Shown piece by piece: positions 43,197 to 54,694 of a stretch of DNA of 64,000 nt. The translations under genes and the position numbers were made by a program. The notes beneath the pieces were generated by a model, which made no database searches, had not been told where the DNA came from, and saw only the letters and a program-made list of their open reading frames with translations. Numbering within the stretch: position 1 is the stretch's first letter; the number at the start of each line of letters is the position of its first letter. The stretch covers positions 576,001-640,000 of the forward strand of contig CP000067.1 of the NCBI GenBank assembly GCA_000002445.1, written 5' to 3'. Source of the DNA: Trypanosoma brucei. Lineage: Eukaryota.

Positions 43197-46100
43197 ATGG
43201 AGGGAGAGCGTGGCCGCAATAGCCAAAACCAAAAGTTGGGGCTGGAACTGGTTCATGATGACGGGCGACCCATCGCCTCATGTCCGATTGACATGAATGA
43301 ACTGCTGAAGAAGATGGGGAAAACAGTAGAGGTGAAGGAGGGCGTTCGCGTCCGTTTGGAGGAATATAACGAAGATGAGGGTCTTTACTACTCTGAAGAC
43401 AGCTGGTCCGAGGAAAGTGAGGAAGAATCTCAAAGCGAGGAAAATGATAGTGCGGAGGACATTGCGGAAACACCTCCTCCAGGGTGTCGCAGAGTGGAAG
43501 ATTGGAACAGTGCTGTTAGGGCAACACAGCGAGGAGAAAAGCCACCGATGGTGCAAGCATCCGGAATTCTTTCACGGTCCCCCAAACACGTCAAAGAGAA
43601 GGGTACAGCAGATATCAAAGCAGGACAGATTCCACGTCGGGAGTTATGGGTTTCACGAGCGCCACCCGCAGATACCGAAAGAACGTACAAGCGGCTCCAG
43701 ACAGTACGACTCATGCCCTGTCCAACATCGCGTCGCTTTTGCCTTCCACCACTGACGTTTCACGCCGCAGCATCTTATACAGGGAACGCCGCCCGTGGCC
43801 CACGAATGCTTGTGTACGGCGGCACAACAAACCTCGGCAAAACTACCGAGAACGAGCTGTACGAGTTCTCGCTATTGTCTGGTGATTGGCGTCGGGTGGA
43901 GGGAAAGCAGTCCCACTCTCCTGGCGTGTACGGGCATACCGCTGTTGTGTTGAAGAAGCATCGGCGTGTCGTCTTGACGGGAGGCGTAGGCTATGGTGGC
44001 GTCCCTCCCGAGCCTTTGGAGTCCCTTACGGACGACTACCGCAGAGCGCGCTTTCATCTCCTTTTCCCCCATAAAGAACCTATTCAATCCAACGCGCAAG
44101 CAATACCGGAAACCGTGGCCAATACGGAGTTGCCAACGTTGTGGACTCTAGCCCACGCAGCGGAGTCGGTACCAACCTTTGGTTTTCTACCGGTGATATT
44201 TGACGTGGACCTGAGAACCCGCAGGTGGCGCACTATCGAGACAAGCCCTAAACTTCCTGTCGTCTTCCATAGTGCCGTTGCTATCGGGACCAGGCTATAC
44301 ATCTTTGGGGGTATGAATACCCATCTTCAGGTTTCTTCACAGTTGATCCTTGTTGATGGTGAGACCTATAAGATTTCTCTTATTCCCCCATCCACCGACC
44401 CACCCAAAGCTCGCTTCCTACACTCCGCTGTCGTTTACGCTCATTGGATGATTATTTATGGTGGGTTCGATGCCCACAACCAACCGTTAGACGATGCGTG
44501 GGCCTTTGATACGGTAAATGAGCGTTGGGAACAGCTTCATTGCCACGGGTCGCATGCCCGTGGTGCTCACGCTGCGTGTGTTGTGGGTTCGCGGCTAATT
44601 GTAGTGGGAGGCTTCGACAGCAGTTTTGATGGTGATGAGGCTCCCGCCAGCACTTGCCTTGAGCTCAACCTTATTCCAAATCATGAGGATAAACATTTAT
44701 GGAGACCTCTCCCTTTGCATCCGACGGTTCCACCCGTGGCGTTTGCAGCGGTGTGCCCGTGTGGAGACGACGCATCTTTCCTTCTTTATGGCGGCTGCAT
44801 AGCTGCCAAAAAAGGAGATGACTCCAAAAAGGCACAAGGAGGCGGAGGAAAGTCACCAGGGCGTGGAAGGCATACGAATAGCGGGCATACTGGCTATAGC
44901 GACTGCATAGGTGACGACGGCGACAATTTAACTATCTGGAAGCGGCTCGTCCCATCGAATGAAGGTTTCCTCCTCACGTTTCCTGTGAAGCGCCCAGAAA
45001 AGAACAATGAAGGAGACGCTGAGCCCCGTTACAACGCGCTGGGGGTGGAAATTGATCCTGATGAGGTACCGGCGGAGTTTCTGGCGTTTGTGAAGCGGCA
45101 ACATGATTTCCTCCTGAAGAAAACCGGGAACGTTGAACAGACAATGAAGAAGATATTCCTTGAAGAGCGCGAAAGCATGGAGCCACATCTTTACCTCACC
45201 CCTGATGAGGTAGAAAGGCTGATAGAAGAGAGTGAGGAGTTATGCACGCGGTTTAGTGAGTATAAGATGGAGGAACTTCCACCTCACGTGCCCGAAAGGC
45301 AGCTTCGGTTGCACCTCAATGAAGAATGTGTTTCACTCAGCCGGCAAGTGAGAGACGTAATAAAGTCCATGAAGGGGAACCCCGCTGCCGCCGCTGCTGT
45401 GAAGTCAAAGACTCATCGGTTTAAAGTAGGACAGAAGTTCGAGAGTCACTCAGCGCCGAAACCATTCCGTCGTGTTGTTATCATGTCACTCATGAAAGAA
45501 ATAAAAAGAAATATCAAGCGGGTGCTCTTATCCAACAAGGCTCTGAAGACAGTAGAGTGGCCAAACAAGGCAGAGTACCTTGAAGCTATTCGAAGAATGC
45601 AGGAGACAGCGGATACTTTTCTTCTTTCCGTGAAGGAGATTCTCGACGTTTACATTGAGAAACGTGTGGATTCGCTAGTCAGCGCGATTGACACTCGTAA
45701 GAACAAGTTGAAGCGGTTGACAGAAGCCGTGGAGCGAAGCCGGCAAAGTTTTCCCGTTCACCCTCTGGATATTGTGGCAAGGGTGGGAGGGAGAGGGGGT
45801 CGGTCCTCTCCATCTCCGCAATCCATTAGCAGCCGTGCAAGGTCTCGCTCTCCGAGCGCAAGACACTTTAAAGGTGGCGAAGAAGCAACGCATACACTAA
45901 ATAAAGGAGAAGTTGGTGTTCTACTTAACAAGGCTTCTGCTGTGAGGACGAATGCTTCCCTATTCGGTGAGAGCTGTCAGTCAATGATACCACCGGCACC
46001 CAAGCAGGTGGCTACTGCGCTTCTAGTGCCCGGTATGACTCCTCCACCGGAAGGGGAAGATGCAGCAGCTTCCAGAGAAACTGTGTGGCATACAGCCTGC

Positions 46101-47600
46101 GGTCAGGTTCAACAAATTGTGAAGTGCGTCGATAGGTTCATTGAAGGTATTCGAGCCTCGCAATTAGAGCAGAAACCACTGAACGAGGCAGGAGATGGCA
46201 CAGAGGAGGGTTCATATAGAGTGAACCTGGCCCTTGCAACAGTTTGGCCGTTGGAAACATGCAAGGACAAACTTGATGAATTAAAAAAGGGCATGCCCGA
46301 GGTCCGCAATCCCTCACCTGCAGCTGGGGGTGATGAGGCTGCAAAGCTAAAGAAAACGCAACAACATTATACTCGGCTTTCAAAGAGCCTTACTGCTCTC
46401 GTGCAGAGTGTCAAAATGAGTATTCTCAGTAGAGCCGGGGCGAAACCACCGCCAGCAGTTCACATCACCTCGCGGGATGTTGTGGCAGCCAGTCCTTCAT
46501 CAAAGGGAAGGGCATGGAGACCCCCACAATCCAGACGGCAAAGGTCCACTATAGAGGTGCTGGACTTACATGCTGATGACGCCACAGAGCCTGAAGGATA
46601 TTCGCCCACTGCTGAGGAAGAGCAGCGTCATTGTCACGCTGTACTTTCACCACTTAGCCCCAAGCTCGTTCCGATCGAAGATTTATTTGCCTCACCGAGG
46701 ACCGCACCTGCCGTGGAGGCCCCTAATCGGATACCGATAACTTCCAGGGAGGCTGCCGCGCTCGTGTCAGCACCCCAAGCGGCGGTTGCTGCAACGGGTG
46801 AATGTGTTATTGTACCTTCCAAGAAGGATGTTAGGGTGGTGAAAAACTCATCGTCGGCATCACTGCTTTTTCATGAAGGTGATGACACCAGCGCTGCGAT
46901 GCACTCCCGCCTCTTTCCCCCTCAGGCATACCACGACTATTATGCGGCGGCGGCGACGCCACAACAACCGACGTGCATTGCTGTTTCCAACGGGCCGAAG
47001 ATGGTAGCAGCTGGAGAAAATCGCAGCTCCGATGCGGTGATATCACTTATAGACGTTTTCGACGGTGTACATCCGGTGACAGTGACTGACGAAGGGAAAC
47101 AAGACTTAAAGGCGATGGTGAGTGTTACCCCAGGGTTCTTCCACGCGCACCCTTCTGCGGTTGACACGGGTACATCCGAGACATCCGATCATGTCAAATA
47201 CTGTGACTCTCCGATGCTTGAGGATGATTACTTTTTCTTTGGTCGCCGTCTTGAGTCCAGTTGTTTGCCTACGGGCCCCGTCCAACCCCTTTCTACACCC
47301 AGTGCTAAGGGCACTACGAGGAAAAAGACTCAGAAGAGAGAACCATCAGTTAAACTGGCAGCCAAAAGCAGGACACGTGACACTAAATCATCCCCTCACT
47401 GCCTGTCGTTTTCAGCAACCCCTCTTCGTGACAGCAAGCGCCGCTCAGTTTCACGAGGAGAGCGCGCAGTCCGTCAGTTGATGGAGCCCGACTCTTTTGC
47501 TCGAGGCGGCGGTGGCGGTCCCTTACGCGGGAAGTTAACACCTGGAGAAGCACGAATCGCGGAGGCGAGGAAACGTGGCAGCCTCATGTCTGGTAGTTAG
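43197..47600 (+). CDS. Kelch-repeat beta-propeller protein with a long (~1000 aa) low-complexity Ser/Ala/Pro/Arg-rich C-terminal region
   Basis: Kelch blades are recognisable: RMLVYGGTT...NELYEF, HTAVVLKKHRRVVLTGG, TRLYIFGG, HSAVVYAHWMIIYGGFD...DDAWAFDTVNERWEQL and HAACVVGSRLIVVGGFD. Confidence 0.6.
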   Translation: MEGERGRNSQNQKLGLELVHDDGRPIASCPIDMNELLKKMGKTVEVKEGVRVRLEEYNEDEGLYYSEDSWSEESEEESQSEENDSAEDIAETPPPGCRRVEDWNSAVRATQRGEKPPMVQASGILSRSPKHVKEKGTADIKAGQIPRRELWVSRAPPADTERTYKRLQTVRLMPCPTSRRFCLPPLTFHAAASYTGNAARGPRMLVYGGTTNLGKTTENELYEFSLLSGDWRRVEGKQSHSPGVYGHTAVVLKKHRRVVLTGGVGYGGVPPEPLESLTDDYRRARFHLLFPHKEPIQSNAQAIPETVANTELPTLWTLAHAAESVPTFGFLPVIFDVDLRTRRWRTIETSPKLPVVFHSAVAIGTRLYIFGGMNTHLQVSSQLILVDGETYKISLIPPSTDPPKARFLHSAVVYAHWMIIYGGFDAHNQPLDDAWAFDTVNERWEQLHCHGSHARGAHAACVVGSRLIVVGGFDSSFDGDEAPASTCLELNLIPNHEDKHLWRPLPLHPTVPPVAFAAVCPCGDDASFLLYGGCIAAKKGDDSKKAQGGGGKSPGRGRHTNSGHTGYSDCIGDDGDNLTIWKRLVPSNEGFLLTFPVKRPEKNNEGDAEPRYNALGVEIDPDEVPAEFLAFVKRQHDFLLKKTGNVEQTMKKIFLEERESMEPHLYLTPDEVERLIEESEELCTRFSEYKMEELPPHVPERQLRLHLNEECVSLSRQVRDVIKSMKGNPAAAAAVKSKTHRFKVGQKFESHSAPKPFRRVVIMSLMKEIKRNIKRVLLSNKALKTVEWPNKAEYLEAIRRMQETADTFLLSVKEILDVYIEKRVDSLVSAIDTRKNKLKRLTEAVERSRQSFPVHPLDIVARVGGRGGRSSPSPQSISSRARSRSPSARHFKGGEEATHTLNKGEVGVLLNKASAVRTNASLFGESCQSMIPPAPKQVATALLVPGMTPPPEGEDAAASRETVWHTACGQVQQIVKCVDRFIEGIRASQLEQKPLNEAGDGTEEGSYRVNLALATVWPLETCKDKLDELKKGMPEVRNPSPAAGGDEAAKLKKTQQHYTRLSKSLTALVQSVKMSILSRAGAKPPPAVHITSRDVVAASPSSKGRAWRPPQSRRQRSTIEVLDLHADDATEPEGYSPTAEEEQRHCHAVLSPLSPKLVPIEDLFASPRTAPAVEAPNRIPITSREAAALVSAPQAAVAATGECVIVPSKKDVRVVKNSSSASLLFHEGDDTSAAMHSRLFPPQAYHDYYAAAATPQQPTCIAVSNGPKMVAAGENRSSDAVISLIDVFDGVHPVTVTDEGKQDLKAMVSVTPGFFHAHPSAVDTGTSETSDHVKYCDSPMLEDDYFFFGRRLESSCLPTGPVQPLSTPSAKGTTRKKTQKREPSVKLAAKSRTRDTKSSPHCLSFSATPLRDSKRRSVSRGERAVRQLMEPDSFARGGGGGPLRGKLTPGEARIAEARKRGSLMSGS

Positions 47601-48427
47601 CGGAGCGCCAGTACCGGGTAGAATGCCGAAATAAGAACTGTAGGAGAGGGGAGTTTGAATGCCCATTTTGCCTGGACTAAGCCCCTTAACCATAGAACAT
47701 ATGATATAGAGCATTAAATAAGGCAAGTGGTTTTTCGCTATTGTCTTTACTTAAAACTACCTTCCCACCCTTACCCTACTATCTGTTGGCTTTTCGGGTG
47801 TGGGTTTCTTTTCTTTTCTTATCAAAATCTTATGCCGCGCACCGAAGGGTTATTCGTGCTGAGGTGCGCGTTTTTTGATGTCGTCTCGTCCGTCCGAGGT
47901 ATGATTTCTGGGGGTTCCCTTCGTTAGGAACTTCAGTAGATCAAACAACGCTTTGACTTCAGGAGTGCACAAAATTCATGCTGTCAATCTCTTGTGCGAA
48001 AGGGACATCCTGAGAAGGTTGCTCCCGTTTCGTAGGGGACGGGGCTATGACGCTCTGTGCATCTCTCAATACTATTGCCTCATTTCCTACTGAATTTACA
48101 TAGTTTTACTTCTCTAATTCCTATTTTATTTACTGCCTCTTTCTGCGCCTGTACAAAGGCTCCCGTACCGTAGCGCAAAGGTGTTCCTTTGTCGCCGTCC
48201 CCGGAAAGAAAAAAAAGGGAGAAAGGAAACAAAGCGGAACAAAAATAAAAAGGAAGAACAAATAAGAAATAAGGGGAGCTAATAGAGCAAACTACACATC
48301 TGTGTGCCACGAAAGCGACACCATCATCAATAGTCGTCCTGATTTTCTTCCCCTCTCTTTTTCCCGCAGAGGTTTGAGGGTTTTGGTGAAACTGTCCGGA
48401 GGGGGAGGTGGGCTCTTGTAAGCGCGC

Positions 48428-48430
<3 letters not shown>

Positions 48431-48458
<28 letters not shown>
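48431..48458. repeat. (TA)14 microsatellite
   Basis: Direct read. Confidence 0.9.
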
Positions 48459-48461
<3 letters not shown>

Positions 48462-48604
48462 TACAGATATACGTTTGCACGTACACGTAACGAACAGGTC
48501 GAGGGAGACCTTTAAGTATATCGAGTAAGCGTACCTGAGATACAAAAGCAGAAAAAAAAAAGAGAGTCCGAAGTGGAGGTAACGTACCGCGGAAGGTGAG
48601 AGCC

Positions 48605-51600
48605 ATGGGGTTTTGGCCGCGTTCCTTACTTGCCAGAGACTATGAGGTACCGAAGCGTCCCATTTTCCACCTCGAAGGATGGGATGTGGTTCAGGGAACA
48701 GACGCAGCCACTTACGTTTCGGGTGTTGTGCCCGACGGCGTTATGTACGGTACCAACGGGTGTTTAGGCGTACGGCATCATTGTGAGTCGGAAACGGTAG
48801 GGTACCGAACAAGTCTTTACATGAACGGCGTCTACCACAGTGCTCCCCTTAACGCGTACGTTGACAGTGAAGCGCTGCCAGAAGAGATTCAAGTTGGTGC
48901 CACCGTATGTGAAGTGACTCTCGACTGCTTCATTGATGGAGAGTCTGGGACCCTTGGCGAGGCACCATCGCAGAGGTTGAACTTGCGAGACGCCACGTAT
49001 TCTAGCACCAGCGTGGATGTTGTCAGCGGTGACGGTGGGCTTACTTTTGACTCCACATATCGCCAGGTTGTATCTTTGAACGAGTTGGACCTCTGGTGCG
49101 CTGAGACTGTATGCACCAACTTTTCCATCGACGCCTTGTCGAGTGGAACAGATTTTGCTTCACAAAACAATTCCGAGTCCTCAGCAAAACACATCGAAGA
49201 GGACATGTACAGCACTGAGTCCTCTACTTATTCTGTTGTTTTTATCGTTTCTGTTACTGTATCGCTGGATGACTGGTATCTTGTGGGTGGTGACTCCACG
49301 GAAAAACTGCTCATCGAATCCACCACGTCCGGCATATTGGTAGGCACTGAAACGGAAGCCTCATGCACAGTAGAATGCGGCGACCGAACATACAAGATAG
49401 TCCCGGAGCAACAAGTGAGAAATGTTCCGGAGGACTTTTATACGCCCCACCGTGATTGCGGCTTCTCCCATGCAGCGTACGTAAGCGAAAGCGAGAGTGA
49501 GCACCCACACTCTTCCCGTGCCGCTTGGAGAGGCACCTCCGGCTCGCGGGGTCGTGTATGCTTCCAAAAACAGTTCCCCTATACAATTACCCCCGACAAC
49601 GTGCCTCAAAAGGTAACGTTGAGCTTTCATGCACGACATCACAATGGGGGGCTTCCACTTTCGCGGCCGTTTCCGTCTTTTGCGGATGTCGTGGCCGAGC
49701 AACGTCTCGTGTTGGACAATTTCTGGAGTACCTTTTGGATTGATATCCAGCGACAGGACGAACTGCCGCCTAATCGCATGAAACTTGGCCTAATATTTAA
49801 TTCGTTTCGGTTGTTCTGTGTTTCTCGCAACCTGCAAAACGGCCTGCCACAGGCTGGCTGCTCAACAACTAAGAGTAATTTGCTGTATGACCTCCAACAG
49901 TACGTTTACCATGGCATCTACTATATTCTCACGTCGCCATCAAGTGCGCTTGCGCTCCTTCGCAGCCTCTATTGTATGCTTTCTCAGGCTCGAATGAACG
50001 CCCTTCGTCTATCGCTTGAACACGGCGCCGTATACCCACGCAGAACGATCACAGGGACGGAGTGTTGGCATTGTAGTACCCTCAACAACGCCCGGTTTCA
50101 CGTCAATGCTGAGGTGGGCTATATAATAAATATGTATTTTTCTGCCGTGGAAAGCATTGCCACGAGCGATCGCTTGTGGCTGTTGGAGCTCATGTTAGAG
50201 ACAGCACGTGTTTGGTCGCAAGTTGGGGAGTGGGTGGAAAATGAAGGTGTGTTTCGTTTGGACAATATTGCCGGCCCGGATGAGTACAACGGTAACGCGG
50301 CAGGGAACTTTTACGTTCACCTCTCGGCAAAGCTACATTTGAGAAATGCTTACAATCTTTACGAGGAACAACAAAAAATCGTTGGTGATGAAGCTATATT
50401 TTGTCTGCTGCAGGGAATTAACATGGACATATCGGAACTTGAAAACTTCAGGACCATCTCCAACGAGATTGTTGTGCGACGTGACAACCACCTTGATGTT
50501 TTTTTGGTGCATGATCACTTTGACACACTGAAAGAATGGAAGGGGGAGCGTCCAAAGCACCCCTTGTCCATGAACTACCACCCTCTTGCAATATACCGTC
50601 ATAAAGTTGTGAATATTCCCGAAGTCCTTCTCGGCATGTTGTTGTACCCAGCCGAGTTTGAGCGAAAGGATTTGCTGCAGAACTTGTCCTACTACGCCCC
50701 GCTCTGCACGCATGACTCGGCGGAGTCATTGGCTATTGTTGCGTGTGTGGAGTTCCGAGCGAACGGTCGCTTCACTCACGGCATGCCGCTACTATGTTCA
50801 TTGGCTAGCTTGGATTTAGATAACATCATTTACGCTGCCGACGAAGGACTTGATTTTGGTGCCATGTCCGCAACGTGGATTGCCGTTGTCATGGGTATTG
50901 GTGGTGTTAAGATCACGTCTCGTAGTCTGCATTTAGACCCTTCCTTTCCCGCTGGGTTGAGTGTACTTAGTTTCACTCTGCACTGGCGTGGGGCGACCCT
51001 GCGGACGCGTGTAGAGAAGGACTGCATAACGTATGACCTGATGGCAGGGGATAGCATACGATTTATTCATGCCAGCAGACATCGCATCCATTTGCATTCC
51101 GGATGCAGGCAGAGCGTCGCCCGCAAGCAAGTCGCTATACCGCAGCCCATGAGCAGCATGCATGGGGAATTTGCCGGTGCCATTTTTTTGTGCGAGACGC
51201 TTTTTGACAGCGTCATGGAGATGAACTTCATTGCGTGGGGCAAGACGCTGGAGTCACTCTATGAGAACTATCGGGCGCTGCACCTCCGCCACATCCCACC
51301 GCTCACAGCGGAAGAGTTCGTCGATAAAGTTATTTATCAGGCAGAGCACCGTGAGATTGCCTTCAGTGGGATTCACAATGTGCTACTGGACCGTGGAATA
51401 GACCTCCCACTCGGTTCACCCGACGATGCCGAAATTGTAGAGACGCGTTATGGTTTAGCCAACGCCAAGGTGGCAGAGTTGGAGGAGATGTGGTCTCGCG
51501 AGGCACCGTGTGTGAATCCAGCGATGCGGGCATTGCTGCGCGATTTGGAGGATAATGGAATACCGCTTGCGCTTGTGTCGTACAGTCGAACCCTTAAGAC

Positions 51601-52051
51601 ACTGATGCAGTATCATCCAGAGGAGGCACTGCGTTTCCTCACGGCTATTGATGGCGATGAGGCGCATGAGCGGCACATCAAGAGCCGACCGCATCTCGAC
51701 ATTTTCGTTCGTGCAGCCGAAAAGATCCACGTGGAGCCGAGTCGTTGTCTGATCTTCTCTTCTCACATCGACAGTAACTTCAAAGTGTCGGAGCTCTCTT
51801 ACTTCCGCATGGTGTTTGATGTGGAGGATCCCTTTGCGGCGCGGGTGCGGGGATCCAAAACCTGCGAGTATCCCTCCATGCTGAGGCCCGCAGCGGCTGA
51901 TGGGGATGTGCGGCCACTTGTGATTAACTTGAAGCGGGATAAGTTTCCCACAACTGTAGACGGGTTGGAAAGCATTTTATGCGGCCCAGTGGCGTCGGGT
52001 TCTGATCTCGCCGCTGCGGGCGATGCTCCGCCAAGTGATCCCTGCAGTTAA
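48605..52051 (+). CDS. Glycoside hydrolase family 65-like disaccharide phosphorylase/hydrolase with a fused C-terminal HAD (beta-phosphoglucomutase)-like domain
   Basis: The N-terminus IFHLEGWDVVQGTDAA...VMYGTNGCLGVRHHCES...GYRTSLYMNGVY parallels the GH65 N-terminal domain of maltose phosphorylase (WNVITHTF...SLGNGYMGMRG...GIYLGGVW). The C-terminus carries HAD motif II (IPLALVSYSRT), motif III (KSRPHLDIFVRAAEKIHVEPSRCLIF) and a motif IV region. The ORF-track start is GTG, so I moved it to the ATG at 48605. Confidence 0.65.
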   Translation: MGFWPRSLLARDYEVPKRPIFHLEGWDVVQGTDAATYVSGVVPDGVMYGTNGCLGVRHHCESETVGYRTSLYMNGVYHSAPLNAYVDSEALPEEIQVGATVCEVTLDCFIDGESGTLGEAPSQRLNLRDATYSSTSVDVVSGDGGLTFDSTYRQVVSLNELDLWCAETVCTNFSIDALSSGTDFASQNNSESSAKHIEEDMYSTESSTYSVVFIVSVTVSLDDWYLVGGDSTEKLLIESTTSGILVGTETEASCTVECGDRTYKIVPEQQVRNVPEDFYTPHRDCGFSHAAYVSESESEHPHSSRAAWRGTSGSRGRVCFQKQFPYTITPDNVPQKVTLSFHARHHNGGLPLSRPFPSFADVVAEQRLVLDNFWSTFWIDIQRQDELPPNRMKLGLIFNSFRLFCVSRNLQNGLPQAGCSTTKSNLLYDLQQYVYHGIYYILTSPSSALALLRSLYCMLSQARMNALRLSLEHGAVYPRRTITGTECWHCSTLNNARFHVNAEVGYIINMYFSAVESIATSDRLWLLELMLETARVWSQVGEWVENEGVFRLDNIAGPDEYNGNAAGNFYVHLSAKLHLRNAYNLYEEQQKIVGDEAIFCLLQGINMDISELENFRTISNEIVVRRDNHLDVFLVHDHFDTLKEWKGERPKHPLSMNYHPLAIYRHKVVNIPEVLLGMLLYPAEFERKDLLQNLSYYAPLCTHDSAESLAIVACVEFRANGRFTHGMPLLCSLASLDLDNIIYAADEGLDFGAMSATWIAVVMGIGGVKITSRSLHLDPSFPAGLSVLSFTLHWRGATLRTRVEKDCITYDLMAGDSIRFIHASRHRIHLHSGCRQSVARKQVAIPQPMSSMHGEFAGAIFLCETLFDSVMEMNFIAWGKTLESLYENYRALHLRHIPPLTAEEFVDKVIYQAEHREIAFSGIHNVLLDRGIDLPLGSPDDAEIVETRYGLANAKVAELEEMWSREAPCVNPAMRALLRDLEDNGIPLALVSYSRTLKTLMQYHPEEALRFLTAIDGDEAHERHIKSRPHLDIFVRAAEKIHVEPSRCLIFSSHIDSNFKVSELSYFRMVFDVEDPFAARVRGSKTCEYPSMLRPAAADGDVRPLVINLKRDKFPTTVDGLESILCGPVASGSDLAAAGDAPPSDPCS

Positions 52052-54694
52052 GGAAAGAAAGAAAAAGAAGGAGGAGGGGAAAAAAACGCAAGGATGGAAG
52101 GGGCTTTGCTTTCCTTTTTGCCTTCCGACTAAACCCTCTATCCTTGCGTTTTTTCTCCCCTTCCTTCTTTTTCTTTCTTCTCTCTGTATACTCGCTTTTC
52201 CCTCGTCACACACGCCTTACACATGCAGGATACGTCAGTCGCAGACGGTCAAACAGCACCGGCAAGATTAGAGAGTGTCTTCGGTGATTGACCGAAAGGA
52301 CGAAAGAAAAAAACGCAAAAAAAATCCACATTAAAGAGACGGAAGAATGGAGAGAGAGAGAGAGAAAAGGGGCGAGTGAATATATCAATAAATGAAGTAG
52401 AGTGGGATTGAGAAATAATATTGCCTCGGCTGGTCAATGTGCATAATAAGGAGCGTAAATGAATGAAGAAAGGAATGGGAAACGGGATGTGTTAACTCCT
52501 AAAGGTGTAGATAAGAAAGGTGTGAAGTGTGTCTGTGTGTGTTTGTGTACGTGGGAAGGATGCACGAGAAAATATATGTGAATTGATTCTCCCCTCCTTT
52601 TCTCCCATTTGGCCGTAACGAAAGGAAACGCAAGACGAAACAAATAAAGGGTGGAGAACAAAAAAAACCGAAAGCAACATTAAAGACAACAATAACGATG
52701 GCGAAGTGTATCCTTCACAACTGTCTTCCATTTTAAATTCACCTATTTTTGTTTTATGTCAAGGTAAATTATAAACATGAGAGGGGAAAAAACAATGAGA
52801 ACGTGCGTATTTTTATTGGTTTCTTTTACCGTTTCAAGTGTCAGCAAGCGGATGACACGACTCCCAAGTTGCAAAGTAGAGGGGAATGGTAATAAGCGCA
52901 TTACACTTTACAGCGCGTGTAAGAAACGGGAAAGCAGAAGAGGAAGTCTTTTTTTTTTTTAAAGAAAAAACAAAACAGAAAACAACGGGAAGCAAAACCA
53001 AAAGTTATTGCGTCCGAATATGTGTTAATTAGTTGAATGGGAAACCCCGCTTTTGTGTTTGGCCGTATTTCAAAATGAAGAACGGCGTACCTCACACCAT
53101 GAGGGTTTTTTTCTTCTTTTTTTGTTTAAATTTTTTAAAAAAAGGTTCCGCAAAACGAAGTTATTTACGTATTATTCAACGGGTAAAACGGTGAAGGGGA
53201 AATTAATTTTAAACAATAAAAAGATTTCATGAAGAAGTGAAAGGAAAGAGGGAAAAGTAGAAGAGGCGGTAAGATAAAGTCATTAGTTTGTGTGTGCGTG
53301 TTTTTTTTTTCCAATTTTTCGCTCTTGATTCATTTGACTTTTTCGCGCTTCACCGTGGCTTTTATCATTATTAATTGATTAACCTTCCTTTCGGAAAATA
53401 ACATGTGCCCCCCCCCCCCTACGGGTCTTAACGGGACGGTCACCGAAAAAAAAAAAGAAGGGAGGAATGATGCCGAAAACGAAGGGGTATGGCGCGATTC
53501 CATAGACCCCAGTTTGCCGAGAGAAGTTTCACTTCGCATCATATTTCAGGTTGTGTGTTTTTTTTTTAATTTTCGCTTCGGATCGTCTTTTTTTTTTCCC
53601 CCTCCCCTTCCACAACTCTTTTTCACCTTCACACCTTTCATTCTCCCTTAAAGCTCTTGTCCTTATCAACATCTAGTGCTACACATTTGATGGTGTGCTC
53701 TAACCATACTCCATTTATTTATTTTTGATTTACTTCTTCATTTTCGTTTACGTGCTTAATTTCACTTTTTTTTCCTCATTCCATTCCATTCCATTTTTTG
53801 TTTTGTTTTTGATTGTTTGATACGTGATTTTGAGTTGTTGAGAAGAAGAAGTGATGGTGAGTTGAAGCGACGCCAGTGTGGTGGCATCCGCTTTTTTTCT
53901 ACACGTTTGTGCCTTCGTCTAAAAAAAGAAAAATGTGTTTGATTATCGGTTCACTTATTCCAGCATTTGACATCTTATGTATGCCTTATTTGTTGTTGTT
54001 TTTTCTTTTATTATTTTCCTTTCGATTTGAAAACTGCTATTTTATTTTTCTATTTTATTTTTTTTATTTTGCATTTTCACTTGTACTGCTATTTCCCCTT
54101 CCCTTCCTCTAACTTGAGTGCTGGCCTTTCAGCTACCCCTGGGGGAAAAAAAAAGAAATAAACGGTGAAGTTTGGGAAGGGGGTGATGAGAACCAACCTT
54201 CAGTATATATATATATATATATCTTTTTTTCTATGTTAGTGTTTACTTTTTTATTTCTAGTTGATGTGCATGTCCTCTCTTTTATCTGTTTTTTTTTTAT
54301 TTACCATAAAATCTCCAAAGTCAGCTGCTACCGTCAATCTTCCCTTATCTCGAGTAGTTTGAGGAAGAATAGAAATGCCCTTCTTAAAGCAATTGAGTGG
54401 GATTTCTGAAAAGTGAAATTAGCGTGAGACAGCTCCAGTAATTATTATTATTATTTTCTTCTTCAATCCAAGTGTCGTTTCACGTCATGGAGTGGGGCGA
54501 TATCAGCCGCGGTTGTTGCGCTCCACTTCTTCCCTCCATCTTCCTGCTTTCGCTTGAATTATATCTCTCTTAACTCATCCTACTTCCTTCTTTTTTCCTT
54601 TCCTTCTTTTTTCCTTTCCTTTTCTTCTTGACGTAAGTTTTCCCAATATTCGCATCAAGTAGGTAGTAAGTTCTACCTATAGTATTAAGAGATT

